Part shown: one piece after another, positions 23,145-35,005 of the stretch | How positions within the stretch are numbered: the stretch's first letter is position 1 | Layout: each line of letters starts with the position of its first letter | NCBI GenBank assembly: GCA_026023565.1 | Contig: JAPETS010000023.1 | Coordinates: forward strand, 496,001 to 552,083 | Source: Cirrosporium novae-zelandiae | Taxonomy: Eukaryota | Direction: 5' to 3' | DNA length: 56,083 nt | The notes under the pieces: model-generated | What the model saw: the letters and a program-made list of their open reading frames with translations, nothing else | Databases searched by the model: none | Told to the model about the DNA's origin: nothing | Program-made: the position numbers and the translations under genes

Positions 23145-25698
23145 TCATTCCTGCGAAATCCCTAACCAATCCGACTGTGGATTCGGAACCATATAATTCG
23201 TAATATTGAACTCGTTGCTGCCCGTTGCTGCGAGTCCGGGTACAGTAGGAACAATATTTTCAACCACTGCTCCTCCTGGTTGTTGTGGAGCGCTGGTAAC
23301 ATTAGAAGTCCTATTGGGATGATTCATTGCCTGTTGTTGATGCACATCTACTGGGACTGTTAAGCGTGGCATGTTGAACCAGTCGAAGACGTCAAGATAC
23401 TCAAGTTCATTAGGAGCCGGTGTCCTTGTTGGTGGAGCTGAGACCGCCGTACTATGCGTTCGAGGTTGTCTAGAAATTAGGAAATCCAAGTCGAAAGCAC
23501 ACCGACGCATATCAGCTAAGATGCGAACGGAAGACGGAGTATGCCTTTCTCCGTCCGCCCCAACAGTTTGCTCAGACTCATGATATTCTTCGAGAACCCT
23601 GCTCAGCAGTGCTGCATATCTTTGCGCAACCTCCCAGTACTTGCCCATCTCACGTAGAGTATCAACAAAGAAGACAATATCAGGACTGACTTTGTGCTCG
23701 ATTGTGGAACCCTGGACAAGTAGCAAGCGAGAAGCGACCCAGACCGTGAAGGCAAATGGAGGACCTAACTTGTTCAGCATGCCATTATTGACGACATATT
23801 GAGTTAAGTGTTGGATATTTTCAACAGCAGTAAGACAGCGTTTAGAAGCAGTAAGTGAGGGAGTGAAGATGGGGGAACGGGTAGTCGGGTACGCAGCTGA
23901 GGAATGAAGCCGTATAACAGTCCTATGTAATGGTTAGACAGATGGGATTAAGGGTCGGAAATATCACTTACGTCTGGAACGTTGCATGTAGCATCACCCA
24001 CCCACAATTGACAATTTTGTTGCTTGTGTTTGAGTTGAACAGTCGAGCCATGTTCCCATATTCATTTGGAAGATTGAATTTCCAAGATGATAAGAGAGTA
24101 TCTAATTCCCGGTATTCACTCTGCCATTGCTCAACATCGGATAATGCGCTGATATCCACTGGCTTTTTGAGGAATTGATGGATGCGCGATAAAATCCCAA
24201 CAACCTCGATGTAGTATGAATATGAACCCATGTTCTCTGGCTTATTATGCTCATATTCCGTCCTGTCACTTTCATTTGGCCGAAACCATCTGGTCTCAAC
24301 CGCCTGATTTCGAGCAAAGAGGTCATCTCGACAAGGGAGCTTCCTATCAATGTCTTTCTCGTCAAGGCAAAAGTCGAAGGCGGTTGCCACGGTAGCATAC
24401 CGATCAAGCAAATACACCATCCAAAACAGTCTTCGGCGACATTCATCCTCAATCCAACTCTTGGGTTCTGGTAGCACCATAGCCCTGAGAGTGTATATGG
24501 AAGGATAATTTGGCGCTATTGAGGGAGAAGTTGCTTCAACTGAAAGTCCAAGCTGCACAACGGACCTGGTCATTATTGCAAGGACATTCCAAGCTGGAGG
24601 GCCATTACCATTCGCTGATCCAACGAGGTCTAGCGCCAAGATTACAAGAGCTTGAAGGGCCTTGACAGATGAATTTTCCAATCCATAAAGCAGAACCTTT
24701 TGTTTAGAAATGTTGTGATACCTACGTCGATTTTCTTCATTCAGGCGAGCATCAATGGAAAATCGAAGTGTGGTGGCGACAATAGCATGAAGCAATATTC
24801 TATCAGCTTCTTCAAGCGTAGAAGGCCCAAATAAAGCATCGAGTGTTGTTCTTCGATGCAGGATTGGACACCATGTATTTATATGCTTGAAATACAAATC
24901 TGCAAGAGCATATAGAAGGTCGTATGGTGGAAAATCATTATCCGATTGACTTATTTCTTGCGTGTGTCCATTTGTGATATTAAGGCTCGGTGACTCCAGC
25001 TGGGGTTGATTATTCATATAAAAAGCCTGAGGAGCATTCATCAACCCATCCAAATTTGTCCTATGTTGTGCCTGCTGTGGTTGCGGTGGGTTGTGCTGTT
25101 GGTAGCTGTCCGTTGGCGACGCTTCGGCGGGTACGAATGATGTATTGAGGGCTCCCGAGAGAGTGCTTGGAGATTGGTTGCGATCTTGGAACAAGGAAGG
25201 CTTTTGAAGGAAAAGCGCAGTTTCGGGTCGAGGGATATGCGGAGCTTGGACTAAGGATGGTGAAGTGAAGACTTCTTGGTGGTTAGGAGATGATTGCTGC
25301 TGCGACCCGCCATTCGCAGTGGCAATATGCTCCTGAATTAATCGTCCTTGGGAATGAATTAAGCTTTCGAGTCGATCGAGTCGCTGTTCCAACTCTCTTC
25401 CATAACCTGCTCTCAGGCCAGGTTTTTTCCGTTCCTTGTATTCGCAAAGCTGGCCATTCCGAGAACACCAACCACAGCTTGGTTGACCACGATCACATTT
25501 GACTTTTCTCTGCTTGCATAGCTCGCAGGAGACGGACATGGGCCGCTTCCTCTTGCGATCAGCATCTTGTGGGGTTTGGGGATCATCTCCGCTATCATTT
25601 CCGCTCCAATTCCCATTGGGACTGATCTTATCGATGTCGCTTTGACGGAGGCTCGTGGCCGACTTTGGCGATTGTTGTTGTTGGCTGGTGGAATCCAT
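23145..25698 (-). CDS. rhaR: Zn(II)2Cys6 L-rhamnose-responsive transcription factor RhaR
   Basis: Exons 25698-23972 and 23922-23145. Zn cluster CELCKQRKVKCDRGQPSCGWCSRNGQLC, fungal TF middle domain (RRRLFWMVYLLDRY), TTVIRLHSSAAYP, ELEYLDVFDWFN. Lies between lraA and lraC. Confidence 0.9.
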
Positions 25699-25972
25699 CT
25701 GGCCATCGGTGGTCCGAAATGAAAGAGGATTGGGGAAACTCGGGGGGATATTGCACGAGAAAGATGGCTGCTACCCCACCTCCGAAGAGCCAGAGCTAAC
25801 TAAACCACACGCCAAGGTAGGTAACGACCCCGGAAAAGCAGGGAAGTTGGGAGAGGTAAGGAAAACAAACAACCTGGTAAGCCGAGGACTCATGGAGATG
25901 TTCAGATGCACTGAGGTACCTGAGATGGACTGAAATACACTGCAATACCCATTGTCACACAGTACAGTACAG

Positions 25973-26004
25973 TACATACATACATACATACATACATACA
26001 TACA
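25973..26004. repeat. (TACA) x8 microsatellite
   Basis: Read directly. Confidence 0.9.
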
Positions 26005-26215
26005 CAGACTGAACTGAGCAGGTTGAGAATCGAGAGTTGAGAGAAAATCAAAATAAAAGATGAGCATAGACTAACCAATCCAAGTTAGAGCTACAATTAA
26101 TTACTGTACTAATCATCTCTCTAATACGAAATTTAAAACCTACGAGATTCTCCATTTCTCCCCCACAAATAAAACTTCTTTTACTTGTGCTCTTCGTTGT
26201 TACGTGGGACCGGAC

Positions 26216-26232
26216 CGGTTCATAACATTCCG
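26216..26232. promoter_or_regulatory. CGG-N11-CCG Zn2Cys6 site (putative RhaR site) in the rhaR/lraC divergent promoter
   Basis: CGG-ttcataacatt-CCG inside a local cluster of CCG/CGG triplets in otherwise AT-rich DNA. Confidence 0.65.
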
Positions 26233-26486
26233 TAACAATATGCCGGTAATTTTGTAAATTGTATTTGTCTCATATGTCCACTTACCTTGACGCCATCTAC
26301 CATCTGCTATCGCATGAAATTGTCCCGAGATTTCACGCTTCTCTACGGGTCTTCCATTCTAACTCTCTGCTTAAAATGCCGCTGTCAGACGTCCACCAAT
26401 GTTCAACATATACTCCCTCTCCTCCTTAGATTAAGAAGCCAAGTCAAGCACCCTTCTCTACATCGTCTTGACATTGATACTACAAC

Positions 26487-27907
26487 ATGCCTTCGTCCAA
26501 TAAAGCTCAGAGCTTTCCTCGCATCAAGGAAGTTCGGACATATGTAATCGATGGCGTAGGCTCTGGTGGAGACTATCACAATGTATGCCAACCACATTCC
26601 AAAAAACTACATCCATCTTAACTTAGCTGATATTCCCTCTCCGACAGGTCAAAGGAGGTCATTGGCTGATCGATACCAAAATTGCAACTCCCATGTCCAG
26701 ATGGGAGAAGTATCGTGCATCGAGAACAAGCTGGGGAATCAACGTTCTAGGCTCCTTTTTCGTTGAGCTCGAGGCTACGGATGGCACCATAGGCTTTGCG
26801 ACTGGTTTTGGGGGACCTCCAGCTTGCTGGTTAGTCCAACAGCATTTCGAGCGGTTCCTCATCGGAGCAGGTGAGTAAATTTAGCTCTAAGGCCCGATCA
26901 TACTAGATTAACAGTAAAACCAAGATCCGAGAGATACCAACCATCTTTTCGAACAGATGTACCGAGGGTCAATGTTCTACGGACGAAAAGGTCTTCCGGT
27001 AGCAGTTATATCGGTCATAGATCTAGCGATTTGGGATCTGCTAGGCAAAATTAGGAATGAGCCAGTCTACAAGCTTATTGGTGGAGCAACTCGAGAACGT
27101 CTTCACTTCTACTGTACCGGTCCTGAACCTGCAGCGGCAAAGTCAATGGGGTTCATCGGTGTCAAGGTCCCCCTTCCTTATGGCCCTGATGAAGGTCAAG
27201 AAGGCCTGAAGAAGAATGTTGAATTTCTCCGGAAACATCGTGAAAGCATTGGTCCTGATTTTCCACTTCGGGTTGATTGCTATATGAGTCTGAACGTACC
27301 ATACACGATCCAAGTTGTGAAAGCCTGCGAAGATTTGAACATTGATTGGTGGGAGGAATGTCTCTCACCGGATGACTTTGATGGCTTTGAGCAGCTCAAA
27401 CGTGCCCATCCTACGATGAAATTCACCACCGGTGAGCACGAGTATTCGCGATATGGATTTCGTAAACTCATTGAAGGCCGCAATCTCGATATTTTGCAGC
27501 CAGACGTGATGTGGGTTGGAGGCATGACAGAACTGCTCAAAGTGTCAGCTATGGCATCAGCTTATGATATTCCTGTTGTTCCACATGCCAGTGGTCCTTA
27601 TAGCTATCACTTTGTGGTGTCGCAATCCAACTCCCCATTCCAGGAATACCTTGCCAACTCTCCAGATGGAAAGTCGGTGCTCCCCGTCTTTGGGGATCTT
27701 TTCTTGAATGAACCAATCCCACTTAAGGGGTATTTGGATGTAACAGAACTTGACAAGCCCGGGTTCGGTCTAGAAATCAATCCTGCAGCAAGGCTTCTTC
27801 CTGCAAACAACATTCTCAACCCAGCTCCTCAGAAGGCATTGTCGATCAACGGTAGGAAGGAAGAGGCTACGAACGGCGTGCCTGAAGGCGAAGTTACTGC
27901 ACAATGA
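26487..27907 (+). CDS. lraC: L-rhamnonate dehydratase (mandelate racemase/enolase superfamily)
   Basis: Exons 26487-26582, 26648-26870, 26925-27907. Motifs GSGGDYHNVKGGHWLID, RASRTSWGINVLG, FYGRKG, VDCYMSL, WWEECL, TTGEHEY, QPDVMW, VVPH. Confidence 0.94.
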
Positions 27908-28835
27908 GACGTCTGAGGACTCAGCTGGCGGGTCTGTCGGATTAGAAAGGGTGAGGGGGGGTTTTTTGTAGGCTTTTATTGGTAAAGTTACTTCGGCACA
28001 TTTCTTTCTTTTTTTTTGTATGCATTGCCGGCACGCAGGATGACTAGAAATGGCGATAATGATAGGAATTACTATGACTCGTAGTTAGTCTCGAGGGATT
28101 TCTGCCTCACCATTCAAAGATGATGAATATGATGAGTGTGATGGAAGGTCAAGAATTGTAAAGTGCAATTTCTTTGAAATGTGTCCAAGATGGTTTCTAG
28201 TTTCTCGGTATAGCCGGCAAGGTGCGGTTGGAAGATTTTTTGACTTGCAGGGATTTACAGCGGGTCATAGGGCCGAAGTTGTAGGGCTGCGTCCGTTGAC
28301 GAAAGCCAAGAAAACCAGGCATCCAAGTGTGGCTGAAGGAACTTTTAGGGCTCTTAGGGCCACTTAGCTTTTAGGGCTTTTCGAGCTTTTACGATCGTTA
28401 GGGAGACCATTTGGTAGGTTAGTTTGAGATGGATGAGATAGATATGTAACTAAAGATGGAGACCCACGTTCTCGGACGAAGGTATCAAGGTCCATGGCTC
28501 GGAACCTACGAACAAGGCGTACCTGGTTACTTTACTCATGACATACAGACCTTAGAGCGAGAGAGAGAGAGAGGAGCACACAAGGCAGATTCGTCAACGG
28601 TCGAAAACTCAGTCTAGACTATCTGGAGATGACGGAGATCGTGACCCCCATTGTGACCCGCATTGGTTGACCCGCATCGTGATCCCCATCATGACCGATC
28701 TTCAATTTTACCCTTTTGGGATAATGGATTCCCGCTTCACCGACATGCCGCGCAGTGAAGAGGTCGGAGGAATACTGTACATATGCGGTGACAATATTTC
28801 GATTGTAACTTGCCTAGGTAGTACAGTACCTCAAC

Positions 28836-28868
<33 letters not shown>
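28836..28868. repeat. (TGA) x11 microsatellite
   Basis: Read directly. Confidence 0.9.
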
Positions 28869-28869
<1 letters not shown>

Positions 28870-28997
28870 ATATTTGTGTTACATGGAAGTGTGCACTGCG
28901 CGACATTTGAACATGTGCCTTTGGTATTTTATTTTATTTTGTAATTAATTACCAACTTGTAGGTATCTGACTTACCTTTGGTTTTGATCTGACCGAA

Positions 28998-29033
28998 CCG
29001 ACCTGACCGACCTGACCGACCTGACCGACTTGA
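28998..29033. repeat. 9-bp tandem repeat (CCGACCTGA) x4
   Basis: Read directly; the last unit has one mismatch. Confidence 0.85.
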
Positions 29034-29732
29034 ACCTGACCTTACCCTACCAAGGCAACAGACTCGACTATCCAAAGGTAGAAGAGACACTGCGAAGAAG
29101 TAAAAAAACCAAAAAAAAAAAAAAAAAGAAGATTATGATTCTCACGTAATGAAAGAAAAAAGAAAAGAAAAGACGTGTAAATAATCTGCAAAACAGTTTG
29201 TTTCTTGTTATTCCTTCTTCCTTCCACCTTCCCCATCTTCTTATGGTTTTCAAGTTTTCGTTTAGTTGCTGTATTGCTGCGCCTCACTACACCACCTCCT
29301 CCAATTAATCCCTCAATGCGGTTTGGTTTGGTTTGAGGTTCTGACTGTTTCAAGCCCCAATCACTCACCACTATTGCTCTTTTGGGAACCAAAAAAAAAA
29401 GTTGAAAGAATTAGTGTTACACCTATCCAGCTGGTCGGATTATGCGTCTTTTCGCTAATCGAGATATTGTCCGGCAGTTGATGCTATCTACTATCTGTAT
29501 TCAGAATAATTCCTTGGACAAATGTTCCAATCGCATCTTGAGGTCGTCCGAATTTCAGGTGGTGGATCAAAAAGATCTGAAATGTTGACAATGTTCAGCC
29601 AGGGTCTTCTCACCCCCATCCAAACCCCCTTGACCCCTTGGGCCCTTGAGCCTTTCTTGGACCCCAAGATGCTCACTTACCACTAATTTAATTCCTAAAA
29701 TTCCACCAGTTCTCTTGGAGCCTCAACCGTTC

Positions 29733-29733
<1 letters not shown>

Positions 29734-29773
<40 letters not shown>
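29734..29773. repeat. Poly-C tract (40 nt)
   Basis: Read directly. Immediately followed by the donor-like GTAAGG. Confidence 0.9.
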
Positions 29774-29774
<1 letters not shown>

Positions 29775-30715
29775 TAAGGGACAGTGTCCCTGGTTCCCTG
29801 GGTCCTTCGTCCAAATTCACGTTAGTTTACCCACTATAAAAATCCACTACATAGCACCAAATCCACTTAACCATGATGACAGTCGATCGCCGTGGCTGAG
29901 GCTGATTGTTTTTTTTTTTACCTTGTGGCTTCACTTTTTACTCTTGGGCTCTTTTTGTCCCCTTAGTTGGTAGCTGGACCAAGTAGCTGTTTCCTCCAGG
30001 CATCCATACCCCTACCCAGCTGACGCTCTCTTCACGCCTTAGTAACTTAATCATGACCGTTGTTCATTCTCGGTTTTCCTCCCTATTTGGCCTTTCTGAT
30101 TTGGCTCTTTGGCGTGTTCTTCCAGCTTGACTCTTCAACGTTCGGACAAGTCCGTGATCCGTCCTTTCCATCAACTTTCCCCCCCCCAACTTACAACTCA
30201 TTGCACGGTACGGTGTTAGCTATCTTCTAGCCATGGCATCGCCGGTGCAGGAATAGAATACTAACATAAGCTCTGATACTTCATCTGGAATTACCGACCG
30301 AGCCATGCCCTCTTTGTTTGTCTATTTCCAGTACCTCGCCGGCCATACGCACGGTTGCCTTATGCCTGCATCATCCTCACAGTCATCGCCCTGTTTATCA
30401 TATTCTCTACTTAGGCTCCTACTGTATTTCCCGTATCAATGTCTCTGAACTTTATATAAGTCATTTCCACTAACCGAAACATTTTGTCTTTTTCCCTCCA
30501 GCGTCTAATATAGCATCTACTTCTCCAAACATTCATTTAGTTCTTTGTCCTGACATTTACTTGCCTCCACCGTTTCAGCGCCTCTTTCGCCACTAGATAA
30601 AACCATTGCGATCTGTGTCTGGCTCTTCCTATCTGTGACTGTCCAGAGCTTATATTAACATTTCACCATCACTCAACAACACACCATCATCACCATCAAC
30701 ATCACCACCGCCACC

Positions 30716-30985
30716 ATGTGTTATCAACTAGTCGAACGTTACTCGGTCTGCCAATGCCTCTACTACCGGCATGCCGTGGATGCGTGCGGAAACTATGGCC
30801 AGCATGGACATCCAATTCAAGAAAAAACCGTGCTTGTGGGATATGCCTGCCCCAAGCACACTTCCCGTCGCTCCCGGCGCGACGACGACGAGGCATCTTC
30901 ATCCGGCGCATATGCAGATTATCCCGATTCCGGTTATTCAAGTGGGGGGAAGGCATTTCGGTACTCCTCGTCCCGACGCCGATAA
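30716..30985 (+). CDS. Small Cys/His-rich protein of unknown function (89 aa)
   Basis: Ideal Kozak context (CCGCCACCATG). MCYQLVERYSVCQCLYYRHAVDACGNYGQHGHPIQEKTVLVGYACPKH is an N-terminus I recall from conserved Pezizomycotina hypothetical proteins. An upstream 3' splice site (CACTAAC...CTCCAG, ending 30500) suggests a spliced leader. Confidence 0.8.
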   Translation: MCYQLVERYSVCQCLYYRHAVDACGNYGQHGHPIQEKTVLVGYACPKHTSRRSRRDDDEASSSGAYADYPDSGYSSGGKAFRYSSSRRR

Positions 30986-33033
30986 GGAAATCCATCGGAT
31001 CACATCTACTCTCAAAACAATCCAGAATGAGCAGGCAAGGCCGAACAGAGGATGGTTGGAGGCATTGTTGGTGGCAACATCTGCAACCGGCTCCATGTTC
31101 TGTTCGCTACCTTGAAAGTGGGGTAATTTATAGGTGGATGGCGCTGGAATCACGGTGGTCACACGATCCACATCTATCCGAATTTTGCTGCGAGCACGAT
31201 ATCCCTCACGTTAACGGTTGTATGATACGAAGCTACGAATTCTCTCGATTACGATCAGTAATGGATGGAACGAAGGAAACTGGGACTGGAGCCCAACTAT
31301 CACTCTGCGAGTGTAGGCTATGAATGGGTTGGCGAAAGGAAAGGGCATTGGGATCGGAGTCTCTAGAGGGCATCGCATGGTCTGGGAGTTATCTGAATGG
31401 TTTTACTGAAGCGAGCATTCCCTTTCAAGTTATATTGCGCTTATCCTGTTTCAGCGGCACTTGATGCGCCTATTGAGATGCTAGTGACTCTAATTTTTCT
31501 CACATCTCATTAACGTTCTATACATCTCGCTGGCTCGACCTGTCTCCTGACTGGCTCATTCTCTGTTGCTGCTGTGTGGCTTCTGCATTTCCCCCTCTAC
31601 TGCTGGTCTTATCTTTCCCCACGGGGGTGATTGACTCATCCTCCTCTCTTTCCCGTCTTGCCGGTACAAGATCGCGAATCAGACATGATGTTGATTGCAT
31701 GATTGACTCATCCATCCTGTTTTATTTGTTGTTTGTACGCACTTGATGTGCTATTATTATTTTGCATCCCTGTCACACTCTGTTTTCGTTTATGCTCGGG
31801 TTAGATTTAGCTTCAAGGCTGCACTCTTGCGACCTCCACTCCTAGTATAGCACCTCTCTGCTTTTTTTTTCTTCTTTTCTTTTTTTTTTTTTCCTTTTTT
31901 TTTTCCGCTTTCAGACTTTGGTGCCAAAATCAGATTTCATCAGCAGCGATGCAAGCATCCGGTCTGGTCACTGGATCGCTACCTATCAAGAGGACTAGTT
32001 AGTGTCTTAGTTTAGTGTTTGCTTCAATATCTAAAATAAATGTGCTACTGCAAGTACATTGATAATTCCAAGACAATAAGGTTCCAAAGATCCGAGGATA
32101 GATGGAAGATATCGGCATTAGTTGCTGGTTTATTAGAGACTATAGACAATTACGACAATTACGAAGTCAAAGCAATGTGAATTAACGGTGTGTTGTGCCA
32201 GTCTGCCTACGGAATATTGATGGTCGGTTGTCTGCCTTGAGCAACTTGATCGGGTAAAGTTTCCGCAGGGTCCAGGGTGGTCTTTGGGTTGTTTGTTGCT
32301 GTTGGTTTGGGTTGGTTTTTGGGTAGTTTGGATAGTTTGGGTGGTTTGGGTAGTTTGTCCAAAAATAGTATGTCCACGTGCCCCTCAAGCCCATGATCCT
32401 CGTTATTCTTTTCCCGTACAAACCTTGTCTCCACTCCAACTCTTAATCCGGTATTGACCTATTAATGACCTATTAATATTTCAACCCCGTCTGCCGTGAG
32501 ATGGAATAGGATAGAATCAAACAATCTATTCCCGAGTTTGGTTGTAATTTCTTGTTACACCTAATCATCATCATCCGAGACCTGACCAACTTAAGTCTCA
32601 TGCTTCCCCCATCCTAGAAATACTTATCTCTTGAAAAGAGAGAGAAAGATAGAGAAAGAACATGTTCGAATTTTGCTTCCTTTTTGATCCGTTTTGCTTG
32701 ACCTTCCTCTTCATGCCTAGCTGTGGGATCTCGATTCTACAAGTACTAATTTAGATGACCTATTCATCCTTTGACTGTTCAGATGTGTGAGGGATCTGGT
32801 AGACATTAAGTATAGTCTGTGGTTCTTCGTAATGAATTGAATATTAAATCATCAGGCTAGACCACCTTTGAACTAATAAACAATCCCACGACTCCAGATT
32901 CGGTGGGCTAACAGCCGTACAGATAATCTCCCAGCACATTTCTACCTACCAGGGAACACTTTGATTTGGAATAATGTTAAAGGCATGCTGACAGAAAATC
33001 AGATACGGCAGCGAGGGCTCTTCCTCTGTCCCA

Positions 33034-33870
33034 TTATTTGGAATCAGCCCACTTTGGGGGTGGGACAGTGGGTAATTGCTGCTTATACAAGGAATCTAAG
33101 GCTTTTCTAGTAGGCAGTTATCCGATGCTTTACTTGTGGAAGAGTGCATGAGACTACAGGCATAATCCTACGCACTTGTGAGAGACAACTGAAGTGAGGT
33201 GGTATTGATATTTGTACCAACCACAACTGCAAGAGTTTACTATCCTAATCCTTGACAATCCGTTTCCTATGAATCCCTTCCAAATTGGGTCCACAACAGA
33301 TACAACTTGCCTAGTATTATGGTCGTTGCTTCTAGTTTTTATCAGTATTTTCGATAGGAATCATGGGGAGTCAAATCACTCACGTCAGGCTAACTAGGAT
33401 ACATTTCGGAGATGAGGATTGGGAAGCCATGTTCTAACAGTCTCTCGCGGCTACAAGAATACACATTAGCGGCCATATGCAACATCAGGATCTGCTACTC
33501 CTTACGTTATAACGTTCCTCGGTATAGTTTCCCCATTCTCGAACATTTGAAATGCGAACATATGCACTGGACCTCCATCACCAGAGTCATGAAAGTTGTC
33601 CAAGATGTCGCTGAGAATATTTTGGATAGCATTGGATAAAACGCCCGTGCGAGCGTTGAAAGTATGCCCATCAGGAGGGAGGGGGTATGCTGTTGTGTCG
33701 GTTGATCCCAGACTGTTTCTATCCTCAGATCTAGGTCGAGGTACAGGTCGAGGTTCAGGTCGACTGGGGTTAATTTCGTCCCTGTGACGTCCCATTAAAC
33801 GATGCCCGACACTGCGAATTCTGTTCCTTATTCGGCAAGCAGCATTCCTTGCGCTGCGGAATGTCGTCAT
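33034..33870 (-). CDS. Putative orphan multi-exon gene
   Basis: The 122-aa ORF ends exactly at a GTAAGG donor (about 33505), followed by GCTAAT...TAG. An in-frame chain of three further exons can be built (RERLLEHGFPILISE / SNDHNTRQVVSVVDPIWKGF...VVSHK / KALDSLYKQQLPTVPPPKWADSK*). No recognisable domain; the second donor is uncertain. Confidence 0.45.
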
Positions 33871-35005
33871 TTTGAATAAATAGAAGTAGGTCCTTTTTTA
33901 AAGAGAGTTGTGTTAGTAAAAAGGATAAGGAGCTTTGTCGAGTGAACGTCGAAAGAAGTTCAAATAAGGCTAAGCCGATAGGACCACAATTCGTTGAAAG
34001 AATCTCACGAACCCATATTTTGGTGCTATGGGAAGTCTATAGTATGTATTCGTGATTTTTTCCTATGACAAATGGTCTCCCCCCTATGTGCACCAATAAG
34101 GAACATTGCTCTTGAGGATTCTGAATCGCAATTGCACATGAAGGTGAATTAGTATAATACTATAATGTCTACCCACGTATTCTCAATTACGAAACCAATT
34201 TCTATTATAATATACAGACTCCTTGTTCACCAAAATACCACTAACCCCGCCTCTATGTGTATATTCCCGCCTCGTTGTCTAGCGCCAATTACTTTAATCA
34301 TACCTCAGTCAACCTTCTCGCCGTGTTTATGAACCTTAACTTCTACTCCAGTAGGATATCTGTGACCATAGAACCGACTCTAAGTGGTAGATATAATAGG
34401 TATGGCAACAATGAGAATAACAGGTAAAAACACCAACTCTTTCTACTCATAAGCCTTTCGGTTGGGGGTGCGGTTAGGGAATACATAAATATCATAACCG
34501 GATGCATTGATTCTGCTGTGCTTCCAAGCATGGAAACTTCGGCAGAAAGGGATAAGGAGAAGCAATGACAGGAAACCAGTAGGCCTGGTCAGAGGTAGCC
34601 CTCGCATCCATATCAACCGATCCTTAAAGGTCTCTAATCTAAGGCATCCTTTGTTCCAGACAAGTGTGAGTTATAGAGCCGAACGAACCCTAAAATTAAA
34701 TGTGCCCCGTTTTTTTGGAAGAGTACCTAGATGGCTTCTAGCTCAATGTGTGGATGAGAGGGATAACTTCAACGACTAAGATCACTTTATCCGGTAGACC
34801 TGGAGTTAGATCTGGGTTTTGTTGGCTTATTGTGAACAGCACTGTTTCTGGCTCTTGCAAACTGCAATGGGCTTCGAAAATTTCTGGCCATCAATCCTTC
34901 AATCCTATATGGATTGAGCATGGACCTTTTCACGTTTTCTTAGATTCGTGTGAGCTTTAGAGGACAGACTCAAATGTGTTCAGATCCTATCCTTGCCGCT
35001 TTCTA

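Noticed and set aside
28345..28376. Three TTAGGG hexamers (telomere-like)
   Set aside because: Dispersed rather than tandem; too few to call an interstitial telomere.
30718..31323. 201-aa ORF overlapping the Cys/His microprotein in another frame
   Set aside because: GTG start inside the real ATG context and no recognisable motifs. Read-through of the TAA at 30985 also meets another stop within 15 codons.
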